A DNA stretch of 62,933 nucleotides, counting the filler, from Saprolegnia diclina VS20 (taxonomy: Eukaryota), in the NCBI RefSeq assembly GCF_000281045.1. It is 4 parts of 2 records of this genome, joined end to end, with 100 filler letters (N's around TTAATTAATTAA, not from the genome) between each part and the next. Parts side by side here need not be neighbours in the genome. Positions count along the whole stretch, not along the records: positions 1 to 29,948 come from NW_008246091.1; 3 more parts are not named here. One strand, written 5' to 3'. Below are positions 9,418 to 21,900 of the stretch, piece by piece (position 1 is the first letter of the stretch; each line of letters starts with the position of its first letter). The notes below the pieces were generated by a model, which made no database searches, was not told where the DNA came from, and saw nothing but the letters and a program-made list of their open reading frames with translations. Position numbers and translations under genes: made by a program.

Positions 9418-12400
9418 CTAGAAACTATCGCGGAAGAGCTCAATGAATTCGTCGAGTTCCAAGCTCGCGTTTGCGTTCGAGTCGTACTGCTGAAAGATCT
9501 TGACAATGTCGGCCAGCTGCCACCGATCCGCGATGCTGCGCTCCGGGTGCTTGTCGTAGAAACGGCGCTCGTTGGCTTTGAACTCGCGGAGGAGCTCCAT
9601 CGGCTCGATCGCGCCGCTGTTGTCAATGTCAAAGAGGTGGAAGAGGGCCGTGATATCGGCCAGCGCCTTGGGGCTCAGTTCGCGGAGCTTGGCTTTTTCA
9701 TGGCGCTCGGCCGCCACCGCGACCCGCGCGAACTGGAGCATCTCGTCCTGGACGCGGTTCGTCGCTTTCGGGAACATGGCCTAGACAGCGTCATAGTGTC
9801 TTATTGTCGATCGACCATAAAACCTTGAGGAGCTCGGGCATGTCCAGCATGCCGTTGTGGTCCTTGTCGAGATCGCAGAAGACCCTATCCCTAAGTCAAC
9901 TTTTGTGGTCCAACGCATCGGGGCGTACGTATTGAGGGCGTCGCGCCAGTCGTCGCCTTCGAGTTGCGACAACTTTTCCACAAACTCGCTGGTCTCAATG
10001 ACGCCGCTGTTGTCGACATCGATGCGGACGAAGATTCGGCACACTTCGAGTACGTGGTCGCGCGGGTACGGGCCAAAGAGCGGCTGGTGCAAGATGCGAC
10101 GATCGGCGTCGACTAAGTCTTTGACAGCGACCGACTTGTGCGATTTCTGTGGCTTGGGCGGACTGTTGTTGTTGGTGGTGGTGCTCGTGGCGACAGGAGG
10201 CAGCACGACATGGGTGACGCTACCAGCGCGTTGTCGGGGGGGACTCGCCTCTGGCTTTTTCGGGGATGTCATGGGTCGTGTCTCGGGCGGCCGGTCGGCG
10301 ATCATAGCTTCGAAGCGAGCGAGAGTCTTCTCGGGACTTCCCACCACCGGGTTCGTTTTGGCGGCTGTCGAGGAGGGGCGGTCGTGAATGATACTGTCGA
10401 GACTCGGTGCACTGGCCGCCATTTTTTCGAGCCGGTGCGACGACGCCCGACGCGGCTTGAGAACTTTGGACACTAGTCAGTAGTGTTGTGCGTTCATTCG
10501 GTCACTGCTGAGAGACGTACGAGTAGGCGCAGACGCCGAGGCGGCGAGGGTCGGCACGTTGAGCCGGCGGGGCTTGGGCGTCGGCTTGCGAGGAATGTCA
10601 GGGCCGAGATGCTGGAGCACGAAGGCGGACGGCGCCGTGTCGATGGTTTCGAGGAGCAACTTTGGCTGCTTCTTGGCCGTTGGGTTACTAGAGTGCTAAT
10701 GTAGTGGAAGAATCAAGTGTTTTCGCACCGCAAATTTCGGCTGTTTTCCGAAAACAAATGCCGGTAAATGAGTTTTTGGCGGTTGCGACTGTTGACGCTC
10801 CAGTTGTCCTTGTCGTCAAAGCTCATTTGAGACAGCTGGTTGGACGAGAGGCGAGGCAGCGTCGTCGAGAGCGACGAAAGCGTCTCGCGATGGTCGGACG
10901 CCAACGACTACCCAATGCGAGTCTACTTCCTTTCGCTTGATAGACGATACCTCGAGGATCGGCGGTCCCACGGGCGTGTGAATGTCGGACCGATCGGGTT
11001 TGGTGGTGGCCGCAGGTTGCTGCTTGAAAATACGGTCCATGCGCGCCTTGTACTTGACAGCTTCGGCTTCCCATGCCGTTTCCTAGTTGCCAAAGTTATA
11101 GAAAATATCTCTTCCGTAAATAAGACCCGAGCGATTTGAATGTCCGACTTCTTCCACGTGCTGTCGCCGTGCAGTTGGCCAAAGAGACGGTCCTTCTCGT
11201 TGTTGGACGACGCCAGAGACGCGGGGGCCAGCCCCTCGGGCTCGCATAGGTCCAGCGGCGATGGCGGAGTAAACGACGGCAAGCTCTGCACCCGCCCCAG
11301 CGTACTATGCCTATGGAAACTATAAGATCTTTGTCGGTATTGTACGAGATCGCAGTAGACGCACCGAGCACGACGCCCGCTTGCCAAATCGATTTTGCCC
11401 TACCCCCGATATCCACGTAGGGTTAGGTGTATACGAAAATGGAAAGTACAGCTTTGAGATCGTCCCAGAGTGCGGTGGCGTGGGCCCATTTTTGCGCTGC
11501 GACCTCGGTCGTGTTGAGGACGAGATCCCAATTTGCGCTGCCGAGGACACCGAGCAGTGTTCCGTCCAAGCTCCACACTTTGGTCGTCTTGTCGACTGCG
11601 CAGCTCAAGATACAAGCGACGGGCGACTCGACGAGCGTGACGCACTTGATGGCCAGTGTGTGCGCTTGCCACGCACTCGTCACGGGCGGCGCCGGCACGA
11701 TTGGCGCCGACGTTGTTCGATCGATTGTCGAGGCCGCTACAGCGACAGTGGTATTTCGAGAGCTTGTAGCGAGGTGCTCCGTACTGCCATCGCCGTCCCG
11801 CTCGATGCGGCGCCGTGGGTTGTACGACTTGGACGTATGCGGCAAGAGGGACTCGTCAGCTGCAGCAATTTGGTACTGCCGCAGCACCTACAGAAGAAAA
11901 TCAAATCCAATAAAACAAATATAGGATAAAGAGTATACGCACCGGGTAGAGGTCCCAGCAGCGAAGCATGCCGCTGTAGTCGCCAACGTAGACTAGCTGC
12001 CGGCCGCTCGTAATGCCTTCGGCGACCGTCTCGCCGCCAAACGGGTCGTACAGCGTCTCCAACGTTGCGACAGAGGCTGTCGGACTACAGTCCGCAAGTC
12101 GTCGTCGTCGTCATCCAACCAAATGACATCTTTGTACCTCAACGCGTCAATGGAGAACTGGCAGAGACGCGTGGGGTGAGCTGTCGGCCGCACCGAGTGG
12201 AGCACGAGCATGCCATTGTCGTAGCCGCTGAGCACGATCGGGTGCGGATCGAGAAAGGCCACCGCGTTGACCTCGACGCTGTGCTCGGCGTACGCTTGCT
12301 CCAGCAAAAAGTAGACGTAGTCCCAGATTTTGAGCGTGCCATCGGCGCTGCCCGTGGCGACAAGGCCGAGGTGGTACGAGTACGCCATGCACTTGATATC

Positions 12401-14550
12401 GGCGCGGTGAGCATGTGCGATGGAGCGCAGGAGCGGCTTGCTCGAGTCGTCGTCATAGAGACGAAGGGCGCGGTCCCAGGACGCTGTGAGCACGACCTCG
12501 TCTTCTTTGCAGTAGAGCATGCTCGAGACCTGGCCCAAGTGCCGCGGGAAGCTCTTGAGGAGCGCACCGTTGAGGTAGTTGAAGACGAGCACATCGCCGC
12601 CTAGTGTCGAGAGCACAAACTTGCGCTCGCGGGCGTCGAGCACCACGCGCGTAATGTCGCTGCGACAGAGCCCGCGAAAGACGTGCAGCAGCGTGCCCTT
12701 GTGCGCATCCCAAATGTGAACGTCTACAATCGTTAGGTTCAAGTAGACCAAAAGGAAACACTAGAAAATGAACCGCGGTCGGTCGTTGTGAGGAGCGTCA
12801 GCGTGGTCGAGTTCAGAAGGACGGCGCTGGATGCATAGTGCTTGGGCTTGAGCCGGACACGCTGAATCCACTTCAAATGAAATCCGGACGCGAGGATCGT
12901 CGCGCCGTTCGTAAACAGCGTAAAGGCGTTGGGCTTCCACGGGTACCTAGCCACCGTCTTAGATCGAATAGATAGATGGATAGATGGATGGATAGATCGA
13001 ATAGACAGATAGATCGACGTACTGGTCGTTGCCAAAGCGGAAAGTCTGGAGACACCGGTCGTTGTCGTCCATGGACACGAGGTTGGTCATGTTCCACCAC
13101 TTGAAATAGCCTAAAATATCAAAGTATCAAGAGGAAGCAGCCAGTTGGAAAACCTTCGTCGTCGAGGCTGATGGCTTGTCCGAGGTGCGGGATCATCTCA
13201 ATGCATATGATTGGCGACGCATGGCCCGAGAGCCGAAAGATGGGCGCGATGCTCAGCCCCGAGACGTCCCATCCAAGCATGTCCCGCTCAAACCCTATTC
13301 ACATGATCCAAACTCAATCTCAAAAACCCAAAACAAAAAACAGTGGAGCACTACCCGTGCTCACAAACACCGTGTCCGAGTGCTTGACGAGCTTTCGGAC
13401 GCCGCGCTTATGGCCGCGCCGCGTGCTCTTGCACTCCAAGCTCGACGGGTCCCAAATCTTGATGAGCGAGTCCATGCCGCAGGACACGAGCGTCTCGTCG
13501 TTGACGAGCAGGAGATCTTGCACCATGTCCTTGTGCGAGCGCAGAACGTTCGTGCACACGGCGCTGCACGATTTTTTCGTCTTGGCAATCACCTATAAGA
13601 TCCCAGATTATCAAGGTATCAAGGAAGCTAGCACGTCGTACGCGCCAGACGAGAATCGCATCGTCGGTGGCGAGCGAAAAGAGGCGGGACGCTGTCGGCG
13701 CCCACTCGAGGACCCGCTGCGGGTGCTCGGTGCTCGCAACGTACACGGGCGCCGGCGACTCGGTCGTAAAGAGCGCGTTGGGCTGCCAAAACGTGAGTTT
13801 CAAATCGCCGGCTGCGATCACGAGTATGTCCAAGCTGCCGAGGTACTTGATGACCTACGCTACCGAGTATCGATTGTCTGAGAGATCGAGGACATGCGAG
13901 GACCTGCACGGGGCTCCGCTCGGAGCGCACTTGGTCTTGGTCTTTGCGGTAGCCGTGCTGGTAGCAGAGCGGGTGCACTTCGTGCAAGAGGGGCAATGCG
14001 AACATTGGCGTCGTCGGGTCACTTGACGCTCGAGTCGGCTCGTGCTCGGCCGCGCCGCTTTCGATGGCCAGAATCGCCGATGGATCAAACACCTAGTCGA
14101 CTAAGCATCGACTAAGCAGTTGTCAAGTACCTGGATCACGGGGCGCGTGCTGTCAAAGGCAAAGATGCGCTTGAGCTCGGGGATGTACTGCACGTTGCGC
14201 GGCTGGCGGCTGAGCTCGTCCAGATACAACGTGTTTTCTTCGTAGCGCCAGTCGCGCCACGCAAGCTCGTCGACGGACGCGCGCATGCCGACGTCAATGA
14301 GCGCGCTCGTAAAGTCGTCCCAGAGCATTTTGCCGTGGCGAAGAATCGCAATCTCGCGGAAGAGCTCGATGAGCTCGTACACCAAAGACACCACCGTGGC
14401 TTCGCTCCACTCGAGCTTCTCGAGGAGGATGCTGACAAAGCTGCCAAGGTCGACGCCGCCCTCGTGCGCGTCAAAGGCTTCCTTGAGCTCGCTCAGGTCC
14501 TCGACGCGCAGCCGCATCATCATGTCAAGGCACGAGTTGGCCTTGGCCAT
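9418..14550 (-). CDS. Large multi-exon EF-hand / WD40 / EF-hand protein (WDR49/EFCAB8-like architecture)
   Basis: N-terminal EF-like region (ELKEAFD...ELFREI...WDDFTS). WD repeats include HKDMVQDL..SCGMDSLIKIWD, HLGQVSSM..TASWDRALRLYD, ATGSADGTLKIWD and AHTLAIK..SCAVDKTTKVWS. C-terminal EF loops DVDNSGVIE, DIDNSGAIE and DSNANASLELDE. Could be two genes. Confidence 0.75.
12961..13017. repeat. Imperfect GATA/GATG tetranucleotide microsatellite, probably intronic
   Basis: agatcgaatagatagatggatagatggatggatagatcgaatagacagatagatcga. Confidence 0.7.
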
Positions 14551-14947
14551 CGCTACGGTGGTGTCGTTTCACGTTTGGACCCCGGGGCACAATTATTTTG
14601 GTCTCAAAATTGTGACGAGTTTGTCGAGGTAGACAACAGTACTGGGTTGAAACGCGGGCTTGTCGACATGGATGTTACAAGTGTAGCAGGATGCATATGG
14701 CACCTTGCGCCGGTGTGCATTGACCGGGGCACGGAACAGGACTGCTCAACCTGCGCTGGTCCTGATGCCCGGCGAGTGGAGTGCCAACGTGGTATCGCGG
14801 GAGATCATGGACTTGCCAAAGGGACCTCGCTTTTCGACTTCGCTTTCGGCGTCGTCTAGTTGACCCATCTATTTGAAGCGCTCCTTGGGTGAAGAGGAAC
14901 TGCGCGTGCCCCGGGGCACTTGTACGAAACGGCGTAAAAAGCCTGCC

Positions 14948-17900
14948 ATGGAGGCGCCGCATAAGGCGCAGTCCGAGCTCTCGACGTCGCGCCTGGCAGC
15001 AAGGACGCTATCGCTCGTCAAAGTACCTTCTTTGACTCCTTCCCAAGCTAGAATGGACGATATTAGGAGTCGGACGAGCGCGGGCCAAGCCTCACCAAGA
15101 CCGCTGACGTCATGACACCGCGTCCGCGCCGCGTCATTGCATCGGCCGGCTCCACGCGCCAAAAAACCTCGTACGACAACTTGTCCACACTTTGCGTCAA
15201 CAAGGTGTTTCTTAGGAAACAACCGGCCACCACGAAAGCTCACTTTTTCGCCAAGCTCCAAAAGCGCAAGGAGCTGCTGCACCAGGAGGCGCCACGTACA
15301 ACTGCTTGTTGTATGGACTGTGTACAATGTGACGTAGCCGACGTTCGCCCGACGACGCGCAGGCCGTACGTGGCGTCCCAGCAAGGCCCGGCGCCAATCG
15401 CTCCATTTGTCAAGGCACCTCTGGTCCACGACGTTGGGTCCACCGTCGACACGCGGGGCCACGCCGCGATCATGAACTGGCTCGACGAATTTCCCCGCGA
15501 AGAACGCGACTTTTTGTCGCCGACTAACTTTTTCGATCTCAAAGCGTCGCAAGCGCGGCGCCTCACGGAGAGCTGGCCGGCGCCGCAGCGACTCCGCATC
15601 GCTGTCGCCTATACGGCGCTCACGTCGCTAGCCGCTCGCCACGCCCCGATTCCCCCGCGCTTCCTCGCGCAGTGTCTCGAGTACGATTGCATTGTGAAAA
15701 TTCGACTTTTGCATTCACCGTTTTTGGTATAGAGATCTCGCGCCGGCCATATATGCCAATGCCGCCGACTTTAACGATGCGCAAGACGCGATTGATGAAA
15801 ACCCCTTTCTGTTTTACTACCAACAGGCGACGCTGCAGCACGACGTAGGACATGGAATGTGCACACTATGTCTGATGTATACGCCTAGCTCGTTCAAGCC
15901 AAGATACGCGAAGTTGAGAGGCTTCACGAACGCATCGCCGAACTCAGCGACCAACTGGGCGACTATCAATTTAAACAGAAGCGCAGCATGTCCCACCAAG
16001 TCGTCGGCCGCTTCAAAACGAGCATGAACCTCTTCAAGACGAACCTCGTCACGCCTCAAGCAACCGTGTCGACGGTGGCCGAGCATCGACCCGACGAGGT
16101 ATCTTATCTCATGGTGTCAGCGCTAAACCTGCTGCACCAGAGATTACCGACCGAGACGGAGATCTGCGCCTACTTTAGTCTCATGTCCCCCGAAGCGCTC
16201 TCGTCCATGCTCCACCGACTGTTTCAAGACCCCAACATGCCGTCGCTGACCCAAACGCTGGCCCACCTCGTCGACGAGTTGGAACCAGGTGCGTCGCTTA
16301 TTTCGAAGCCGACAAAGAGGAGATCACATCTGCGTAGACCAGCGTCAGACGTTCTACCATGCGTACCAGAAAGGCATGTCGGCCGACGAACTCTACAACT
16401 TTATCGTACGCGAGCAGTGCCGATGTGGGTGTTTTTAGACATATCACTAGGCCAACGAAATCAACCAGCACAACCAATACCTCCGCGACGCCACCATGCG
16501 CTTGACCAAGAAGACGTCGACCGCGCTCTTGTCCGAGTTTGTCCTCGCGCTGCAAAAACATCTGCTTCTCCACGACAAGACTGTGCCACCATTGGCCGAA
16601 GGCGCCACGTAGACCGCAAACAGATGTTTCCAAAATCATGTGTTTTGTGTAGACTGACGGCATTGGAAGCGTTCATTCTCGTGCACGTCGAGTCGTTCAT
16701 GGCCCGTCTCACAGCGCTGCGCCACGACGTCGGCGAGACGTCGTTGGTGGAGATCATTCCGCGCCATGTCCAGATTCGCACCGATGTGGCCAAGCTGCTG
16801 GAATTCCTCATCACGCTCGAAGGCGGGGACCCGTCGTCGCTTCTCGAGGGCCTCGACGACGACACGTTTGATGACGGCAACAACGGCCCCACGGGCGATG
16901 ACGACGACGACGACGAAGATGAAGACGACTTGGACGAGCTCAAACCAGCCAAAAAAACGCGCCGGAAAGCCAAGAAGCGGCGGAGCACGGTCCTCTCGCG
17001 CCTCAAGTCGCGAACGATGCCGCTCTACGACGTGTGCACGACCATCTCGGCCTTGGTGTGCGAAAAACTCATGCAAGACGCCAACGACAAGTCGCTCCAG
17101 CTGCAGCCGCTCAAGGTCTTTACGCGGCAGTACTTTATCCGGGTCTACGGCCTCAAGTCGCTCGCGCTCTCGCACATTGCTTCGTTTCGAACCGCGCTCC
17201 AAGTGCACTGCAAGGTCCTCTTTGCATCGATTTCCACGTCCCTTAACCACATTTCTATGCAGGAAAACCCGCGCGTCGGTCTCTTTTACTGGTTTCTCGG
17301 CCTCGACGACGCGCGCGCCATGAGCGCAGAGCTCGGATTTGCGTTTTTCAAGTCGCTCATCAAGCACGTCATTTTCACCATGACCAAGGTCAAGAGCGCG
17401 AGCATGAACCAGATCGAGTCGACGCCCATCACAACGCTCGAGTCGCTCATGTACGCGTGGAACGACCTCATCGGAGACGGCTACTCGAGTAAAGATTTGA
17501 TGAGTGGCAAAGAGGCGCCGACCGGCACGTTCCGGGACAAAAAACGCATGATTCCCGTACCAAAAGCGCTCGAAGTGTGCAAAATCGCCTTCAACGAGGT
17601 GATGGAGAAGGACAGTGCGGTGCTTGCCGCGATCGACGACGTCCGCTGTGCGGGGACACCTGCCTTGCCGATGGAAGACTTTTTGATGCAGCTCATGGAC
17701 GCGTGGGCCGAGGCCCTCGAGCGGCTCGTCGTGGAGCTCCGGCTCAAGTTTAAAGATGCCGACAAGAACGGCGACGGGACCATGGACTTTGAAGAGTTCT
17801 TTGCCTTCCTCGTTTGTGCGAAAATGCTCGACACGACCAAACTCGAAGTGCAAACTCGGTTGATTCTAGGCTGATAGATTGATACTTTTGCGCGTAGGAC

Positions 17901-18281
17901 GCTCGCCGCGGCACGCAGCGCGACGGCGCGTCGGCGACGGCCATGGCCGACATGCGCCACACCAACGCCGTGCGACGCAAGGCGATTGCGATTTACGACA
18001 GCCTCGCAAACGACCACAACATCATTGACGAGACCCATTTTGTGTCGTATATGCTCACCCAGCTCCTCAAACCCACGGGCCGCAAATCAGACGACGAGAG
18101 CACCAAGCCCGAGATGGTGCGAAGCAGCGACGAGAAGGAGAGTGCGTCCAGCCCACCGCGGCGCCAGGATGAAGGGCGATCCTCTCGAACGAGCGACGGG
18201 CGAGAGTCGCCACCTCGCCGCTCGTCACGGGCGCCTGCGAGCGAGCAAGACGACATGGGCGAAGAAACCTCGGACGCGTAG
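14948..18281 (+). CDS. Multi-exon protein with acidic/basic patch and C-terminal EF-hand
   Basis: Coding-biased exons separated by short introns. Canonical EF loop DKNGDGTMDFEE and a poly-D/E tract followed by KKTRRKAKKRR. Divergent from the WD40 gene. Confidence 0.7.
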
Positions 18282-18440
18282 TTTATTTTAAAGTGAGTAC
18301 ACAATTGTCTGCAACCAAGTATCAATGTGTCAGAGGAGCGAATGGTTTAGCAAGGGACTGTATTAGCTATGCTTCGTCGCTGCGGCGGCGCTTGTGGGGT
18401 CGGGACGTACTCAAGTCGCCAAGTTCATTCGTCGTCAACG

Positions 18441-19028
18441 CTACGAGCAATGTGTCGAGCGTCGCGACGCACGTAACGTCCTGCGCTTGGTCGAGGTGAC
18501 GTCGTTCTCGAACGTTTCGTCCATGATGGTGGTCGCGTCATCGACCAGAAAGGTTGTTAGGATCTCGGCCGTTACTGGCGCGACCGGCGCCTCTGTGACG
18601 AGCCGCGAGATGGTCATGATGGCGCGGTACGAACTCAAAATCCGCATCTTGGCCAAGAAGGTCTCGTCGCAGCGGCCAAGGCGGTTCATGAGGAGACTGT
18701 AGCCGCCCGTCGCACTGTCCCACTCAACGAGGTCGTCCAGGTCGTACCGGTCGATGAGGTATACGATGGCATCCAGGTACGGTCGTTGGGTCATTCCAGG
18801 CTGCACCTCAAGCGCCTGGAGCAGGAGCAGCGGGACGTGTTCGAGCTGCCAATCGAGATCGGTGTGCAGCGTGTACGAGCCTCGGCAGCGGTGGTAGAGA
18901 AAACTGTCGACGACTGAGATAAGCGCCGGCGGCAGTCGGTGGCCGAGATACTGGTTGTCCGCGTCGAGCGACGCGACGTCGTCAAGGTACCACTCGATGA
19001 CCAGAATGTTCTCGTCGATCGAGCTCAT
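18441..19028 (-). CDS. Hypothetical intronless protein or gene relic
   Basis: 195-aa ORF with protein-like composition and codon bias. No motif recognised; it lies in a decayed region. Confidence 0.4.
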   Translation of the reverse strand: MSSIDENILVIEWYLDDVASLDADNQYLGHRLPPALISVVDSFLYHRCRGSYTLHTDLDWQLEHVPLLLLQALEVQPGMTQRPYLDAIVYLIDRYDLDDLVEWDSATGGYSLLMNRLGRCDETFLAKMRILSSYRAIMTISRLVTEAPVAPVTAEILTTFLVDDATTIMDETFENDVTSTKRRTLRASRRSTHCS

Positions 19029-19223
19029 GGGTCATCCGTGCTCGTGGGCCAAGACCACGTGCCAGCACAGCTTGATAAACTCGCAAGCAAACGGCGCACA
19101 CGCCCGCGCCGACCGCCCCAGCGAGGCTCACCAAGAGCGAGGCCGTCCAGCGCATGCTTCGCTTGGCCCAGCGCTGCAGTAGCCGGCGCATGGCGGACGC
19201 TAGCGCTGGCTAGCCGAACGCGG

Positions 19224-20132
19224 TCAAGCATTTTTGGACCATGCGCGCGGCCGTCTCGAGCGGAAGATATGCAGAGAGCGCGTCGCCGAGGAAGAGATCT
19301 GCGAGCGCCACGTCACGACTCGCGACCAACGCAAGGTCTCGTGGTCGAGGGGAAGATGGCTGATTTCGTCATTGACTTCGCGCGTCTCTTGGACCAGATA
19401 GACTTTGGACATGCTCTGGTACACATGGTACCACGGGCGAGGTCGGACGCACTGGGAAGGCCGAGGCGCGTGGGCGTCGAGCATCGCGTTGGCGAGAAGC
19501 GGAAGCGCCACGTCGATGCCGACAACCCCGCCTTGGGCCAAAAAAATGGCGTGCGGCGCGCGCGGCCACGTCACGCGGAACCTCGCACGATGGATGCATG
19601 ACGCACGCAGCCACAACGTTGCGGTGGTCGTAGACTTCTTCTTTAAACGTGACGAGCGCCACGTCATAGTCCTCTGTCGCGACAAGGACGTCGACGAACG
19701 CAGCCTCTGCCGGCGCCAAAGCCTCGAATACGAGCGACGAGATCTGTACAGGTCGAGCGATGCGCTCGTAGAGCGGCTGCGATCTCCTTGAATGCTGCAA
19801 TGCTCTGCAAGCGCGTCACGGGCTGGATCAACGTGCCGACGTCGTCGAGGTCCATGCCGAACGATCGGTGGACGAGCGTGACGCGGCAGCCCGACGTGAT
19901 GCGCGCCGACATCATCGTCCGCGTACGTGGCTCGCGCGGCGTCAACAGCACAGTTGTCGTACGGCCGTCGAACGCGATCGTGAGCTCGCGCCGCTGTACG
20001 CACTGGGCAAGACGAGTAGAAGCGAGCCAATGCTATGAGAACCATACTCGGCAAACGCGTCGCCAAAGCGGTCGACGGCCAATGGCATGAGCGGGTCGGT
20101 GGAGCCCTCGGAGTCGATGCACAGGTGCGTCG
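19224..20132 (-). pseudogene. Frameshifted 2OG-Fe(II) oxygenase-superfamily gene, copy B, truncated by gap
   Basis: IGSLLLVLPSAYSG...DNCAVD followed in another frame by ARITSGCRVTLVH, which resembles the FGSLVV.LPS..GGEL...V..G.R.TL.Y signature. Multiple frameshifts. Confidence 0.55.
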
Positions 20133-20271
20133 NNNNNNNNNNNNNNNNNNNNNNNNNNNNNNNNNNNNNNNNNNNNNNNNNNNNNNNNNNNNNNNNNNNN
20201 NNNNNNNNNNNNNNNNNNNNNNNNNNNNNNNNGAACGATGAAATCATATGGATTATGTATTTTAATTGGTG

Positions 20272-21124
20272 CTAGGCAGACGACCTTGTTGGGGCAACGA
20301 TTGGCGGAGCTAGCTTCGGGTGTTGGGGGTCAATATCGATTGTGGTTCGATACGTAGTGGCCAAGTGGATACTCGGAGACCACGCATTGGTGAACCAGAA
20401 TGGCCTGACCCAGGGCTGACCCATGGGTCTGACCTTGCCACTCGGGTTTCGCGGTTTCGGCGTATGCGACCCAAAGTGTGAGGCTAATCGTGCCGGTGTC
20501 ATCGAGCAACGTGATGTCGCGCTTGACCGTCTTGTTTGGGCCAACTTCCTGTGGGGGGCCGACCGTCGCGCAAACGGCGACGATCGTGAGGGGGTCGGAT
20601 TGATGTTGCTGGTGGCGGGAAGGCACGGGGATGCTTGCAATGATTGCGACAGTGGTGTACACGTGTACACGTAGACCATGTGCGGGATTGTCGCTATGTC
20701 GTCGTCTTGGGCGACCGTTGTGCCGGCCATGAATATGTACTCGTGTTCTTGACCGTTTTGTTGGTATTCGACCTTGATCGGCTTTGTGAGGCCGTTGGTA
20801 AACGTGTATTCATTGTCGATGCGCAGACGCCCGAGGAGGAGGAGGCGCGACTGGAAAAGCAACGCGTTAGCCAAGCCGCTGCGCGAGCCGTGTCTGCGAA
20901 CGTGGGCTCTACGAAACGAGCGGCACCGGGGCGTGGCACGAATGATGCCGTTGCTATTCCAGTCGCGCCGCCTCCTCCTCGGGCGTCTCGGTGGCCTTCT
21001 TGACGGCGCGGGCAGTGGCATGGCTAAGGTGTTGCTTTTCCAGCCGAGCTGCTTCCTCTTCGGGCGTCTCGGTGGCCTTCTGCTCAGCGCGCGCCTTGCC
21101 CTTGCGCTCCTTCGATGCTTGCAT
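20272..21124 (-). mobile_element. Decayed STPR-like repeats + RPA70-like OB folds; Helitron-like relic
   Basis: Two ETPEEEAARLE units spaced 27 aa apart. Then NEYTFTNGLTKP...EYIFMAGTTV (DBD-A-like) and KRDITLLDDTGTISLTLW...VSEY...TTIDIDPQHP (DBD-B-like). Contains a stop, an inverted unit and frameshifts. Confidence 0.6.
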
Positions 21125-21355
21125 GTTGCTTATGTCTGAAGGTGGCGCCTGGCACCGAGTCCACAGTGTAACTATCGGGTACACGGCCCGGCTGGGGCAT
21201 GAACGAGACTCAGCCGGTGGGTGACTCCGGCCTGGCCCATGATGGAAGCGTCGAGCTCCACTCGTTTCCACTTAAGACACGAAGGTCAACCACTAACGAA
21301 AGGCCACAGACGAACGTAGACTAGCACGATAGGACAGGTTCGTCAAAGATCAATC

Positions 21356-21900
21356 ACGTCAACGGCACAGTTGTCGTCGAACGCGATCGTGAGCTCGCCG
21401 CCGCTGAACGCACTGGGCAAGACGAGGAGAAGCGAGCCAATGCTATAAGAACCATACTCGGCAAACGCGTCGCCAAAGCGGTCGACGGCCAATGGCATGA
21501 GCGCGTCGGTAGAGCCCTCGGAGTCGATGCACAGGTGCGTCGGGATGGCAAGAACGTGGGTGGTCGTGAGGACGAGGCCGCGTTCGACGGCTTGGAGGAT
21601 CTGCGAGTCAAATTAGGCGTCCCACGTCACTTTGTTGAGGACGATCATGTGCTTGGCGGGCACGACAATGATGCCATCGACGGCGTAGCGCGCGGCGAGC
21701 TGCTGCATTTGGTCCAAAGTCGGCAGCCATTGACGCCGTCCACGGAGATCTCAGGCACGAGATGGCTTACCGCTGCGTCGGCGAAGACGTACCGTGTAGT
21801 TGGAGGCTGCGCGCAGCTGCCGCAACGCCACCTCGTGCGCGGCGAGGGCAAGGTGGATCGGTCCGTCGACCAGACGCATGTGCTCGTCGTCCAGTCGTGC
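21356..21900 (-). pseudogene. 2OG-Fe(II) oxygenase-like fragment, copy A
   Basis: THLCIDSEGSTDALMPLAVDRFGDAFAEYGSYSIGSLLLVLPSAFSGGELTIAFDDNCAVD. 21356-21541 is a near-identical direct copy of about 19940-20132. Confidence 0.55.
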
